From positions 1 to 34,831 of IMG/VR virus record IMGVR_UViG_3300017913_002239: a stretch of DNA of 34,831 bases; one strand, written 5' to 3'. This document shows, piece by piece, positions 33,248 to 34,831 of this stretch (its first letter is position 1; each line of letters starts with the position of its first letter). The stretch is from a virus (lineage: Duplodnaviria; Caudoviricetes). The notes under the pieces were generated by a model, which was not told the DNA's origin, did not search any database, and saw nothing but the letters and a program-made list of their open reading frames with translations. The position numbers and the translations under genes are program-made.

Positions 33248-34830
33248 TTTTTCTTGCCCATTCTCCATCCGCCGCCTAGTTCTTTGTACTTCTTGGCTGC
33301 CCATGCATTTGCATAAGCACTTGGATATACATCAAACTTTTTCTTGGCTTGAGCTTTAGCGTATGCCCACTTGTCTGGCTTGGTCGGCACAGGCTTCTTT
33401 TTAGCCTCGTCTAGTTCTGCTTCCCAATATTCAGGCATAGCCAGTTGTGATTCTACATATTCCAAGTATTCTTGGTCGCCTTCAATTTCCCATTGTGCAG
33501 GTTGCATGAAAGTAACACTGCCGTTATCGTCGATTGACACTTGAATATTCTGTAACTTGTGCTTGTATGTGCCAGGTTGTAGATTGTGACGTAGGTCAAT
33601 GTTTTCCTCTACCTGGCTTTCAGTCTTTTTTGCAGTGTCAATCACCTTCAAATTACTAGCAGGCGTAGCATATACCTTGCCTGACTTGTGCTTGAACATT
33701 ACTTTGGTACTACCACTCTTTGTGCTAAAGCCTGTTACTGTGCCTTGCATTTGACCCATCTTTAGTGTTTGCACTGTGTCACCAATCTTGATATCGTGTT
33801 CCAAACCTTCTGGCAATTTGCGATTTTGGTTTGTACTAATAACTGTTTGCGGAACACCTGCTTTGCGAGCTTTCATATGTGCTTTTGGCTTGTCAATGAT
33901 CAATGGATTGATATTGCCTGGGTCCATTGCTTTCATACGATCGAGATTCTGCTGAGCTTTGTCGGCTTTGTAGTCCCTTACTTTCTGACTCTTTGTGTAT
34001 AGATCAAGATGTTTTCTAAACTTTTCGTCAAAGTCTTTGGCAGTGCCTTCGCTCACTGGCTTTCTTGTAGCGTAGACTTCTGTTTTCTTTCCGTACTTCA
34101 TTTCAATTGTGCTGGCTGCTTTGATAGCACTTGCTTTTGTTCTAAACACTTTCCAAGGCTTGCCATCAATTTTAACTTCATAGTTGTTGGTACCCACATC
34201 AAACTCGTCACTGGCACGACCAATCTTGTTCTTTAGGCTGTCTTGATAGCTTTCTGCAAACTGATAATTAAAGTTTTTTGCAGTATATCCATACTTTTCT
34301 TCTAATTCATCATTGACCATGTCGAATTCATTGTCTTCGTATGCATGTGCAATATGAGTAGGGAGGGTTATTGTGACACTGCTAGGCAAGTCTACGCCAG
34401 GGCCTGCGTTCCATTTGATGTTGGTTACTTTGATTACAGTTTTTTTAGTAGCACTTTCTTGGACTTCTTCTTCGTCTGGTACATCAGCGCCTACAGCAAC
34501 ATCACCTTCCACTTTCTGTGCTAGTGCCATCATCTTCATGATAACACTTTCTGGTTGTCCTGTGACTTGCTTCAGTTTCTTGATTGAGTTTGCACCTTCA
34601 GGGCTACCGTATTTGGTAAGTTCATTACCAACACGACCCATAACCGCACCTACATCGTCGTCGCGCTTCTTGCCCATGTCCATAAGGATACGACCTAGTC
34701 TAGCAAGTTCACGTTGCTCGTCTGTTTCGTAGTAGTCTTCGTTCATACCACGACGCTTTTTTAGTGCTTCTAGATCACGTTCAAGCTCGGCAATATCGCG
34801 TTCTTCTTCTCTATTTTGACTGTACAGCGT
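33244..34830 (-). CDS. Large multi-domain protein, putative protease-processed head-internal protein (5'-partial)
   Basis: Frame stays open for 28 more codons upstream of 34746 to the window edge; modules separated by xxE sites; C-terminal KKKFDVYPSAYANAW...Y...GGGW domain. Confidence 0.7.
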   Translation of the reverse strand, partial: TLYSQNREEERDIAELERDLEALKKRRGMNEDYYETDEQRELARLGRILMDMGKKRDDDVGAVMGRVGNELTKYGSPEGANSIKKLKQVTGQPESVIMKMMALAQKVEGDVAVGADVPDEEEVQESATKKTVIKVTNIKWNAGPGVDLPSSVTITLPTHIAHAYEDNEFDMVNDELEEKYGYTAKNFNYQFAESYQDSLKNKIGRASDEFDVGTNNYEVKIDGKPWKVFRTKASAIKAASTIEMKYGKKTEVYATRKPVSEGTAKDFDEKFRKHLDLYTKSQKVRDYKADKAQQNLDRMKAMDPGNINPLIIDKPKAHMKARKAGVPQTVISTNQNRKLPEGLEHDIKIGDTVQTLKMGQMQGTVTGFSTKSGSTKVMFKHKSGKVYATPASNLKVIDTAKKTESQVEENIDLRHNLQPGTYKHKLQNIQVSIDDNGSVTFMQPAQWEIEGDQEYLEYVESQLAMPEYWEAELDEAKKKPVPTKPDKWAYAKAQAKKKFDVYPSAYANAWAAKKYKELGGGWRMGKKK

Positions 34831-34831
34831 A

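Noticed and set aside
1-34831. Cellular (bacterial) LPS/capsule locus
   Set aside because: T4-like polymerase, clamp, DsbA-like and head-protein genes interleaved with the sugar enzymes, single-strand packing and absence of wzx/wzy/ABC export genes favour a phage origin.

Overview
Fragment of a large T4-like (myovirus-type) bacteriophage genome, probably aquatic. All credible genes lie on the minus strand, tightly packed and often with overlapping stop/start codons. A backbone of replication genes (family B DNA polymerase, gp45-like sliding clamp, DsbA/GapR-like DNA-binding protein) runs into a 7-deazaguanine DNA-modification module: a Zn-less TGT/DpdA-like transglycosylase, a QueD-like T-fold protein with LxxxHRHxF, and FolE. 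The module is unusual in being linked to a GT-B glycosyltransferase, GalE and an AzgA purine permease, while no QueC, QueF or recognisable QueE is present in the window. The transglycosylase carries an FNSLFD motif nearly identical to the polymerase C-terminal FNTLFE (putative clamp-binding peptide), suggesting replication-coupled base exchange. The backbone is interleaved with AT-richer paralogous tailoring enzymes: 5 Fe(II)/2OG-like dioxygenases, 2 amidinotransferases, 3 PLP enzymes, 3 SGNH hydrolases, 3 GT10-like proteins, 3 radical SAM proteins and 3 methyltransferases. Non-coding features include a three-hairpin pseudoknotted RNA candidate (29332-29430), a hairpin in the folE 5' UTR, four sigma70-type promoters and a TAA[G/T/A]TA late-promoter-like motif. 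The window ends are a partial FG-GAP lipoprotein (left, missed by the ORF track) and putative protease-processed internal head proteins (right). All functional calls are from motif recognition only; no searches were run.
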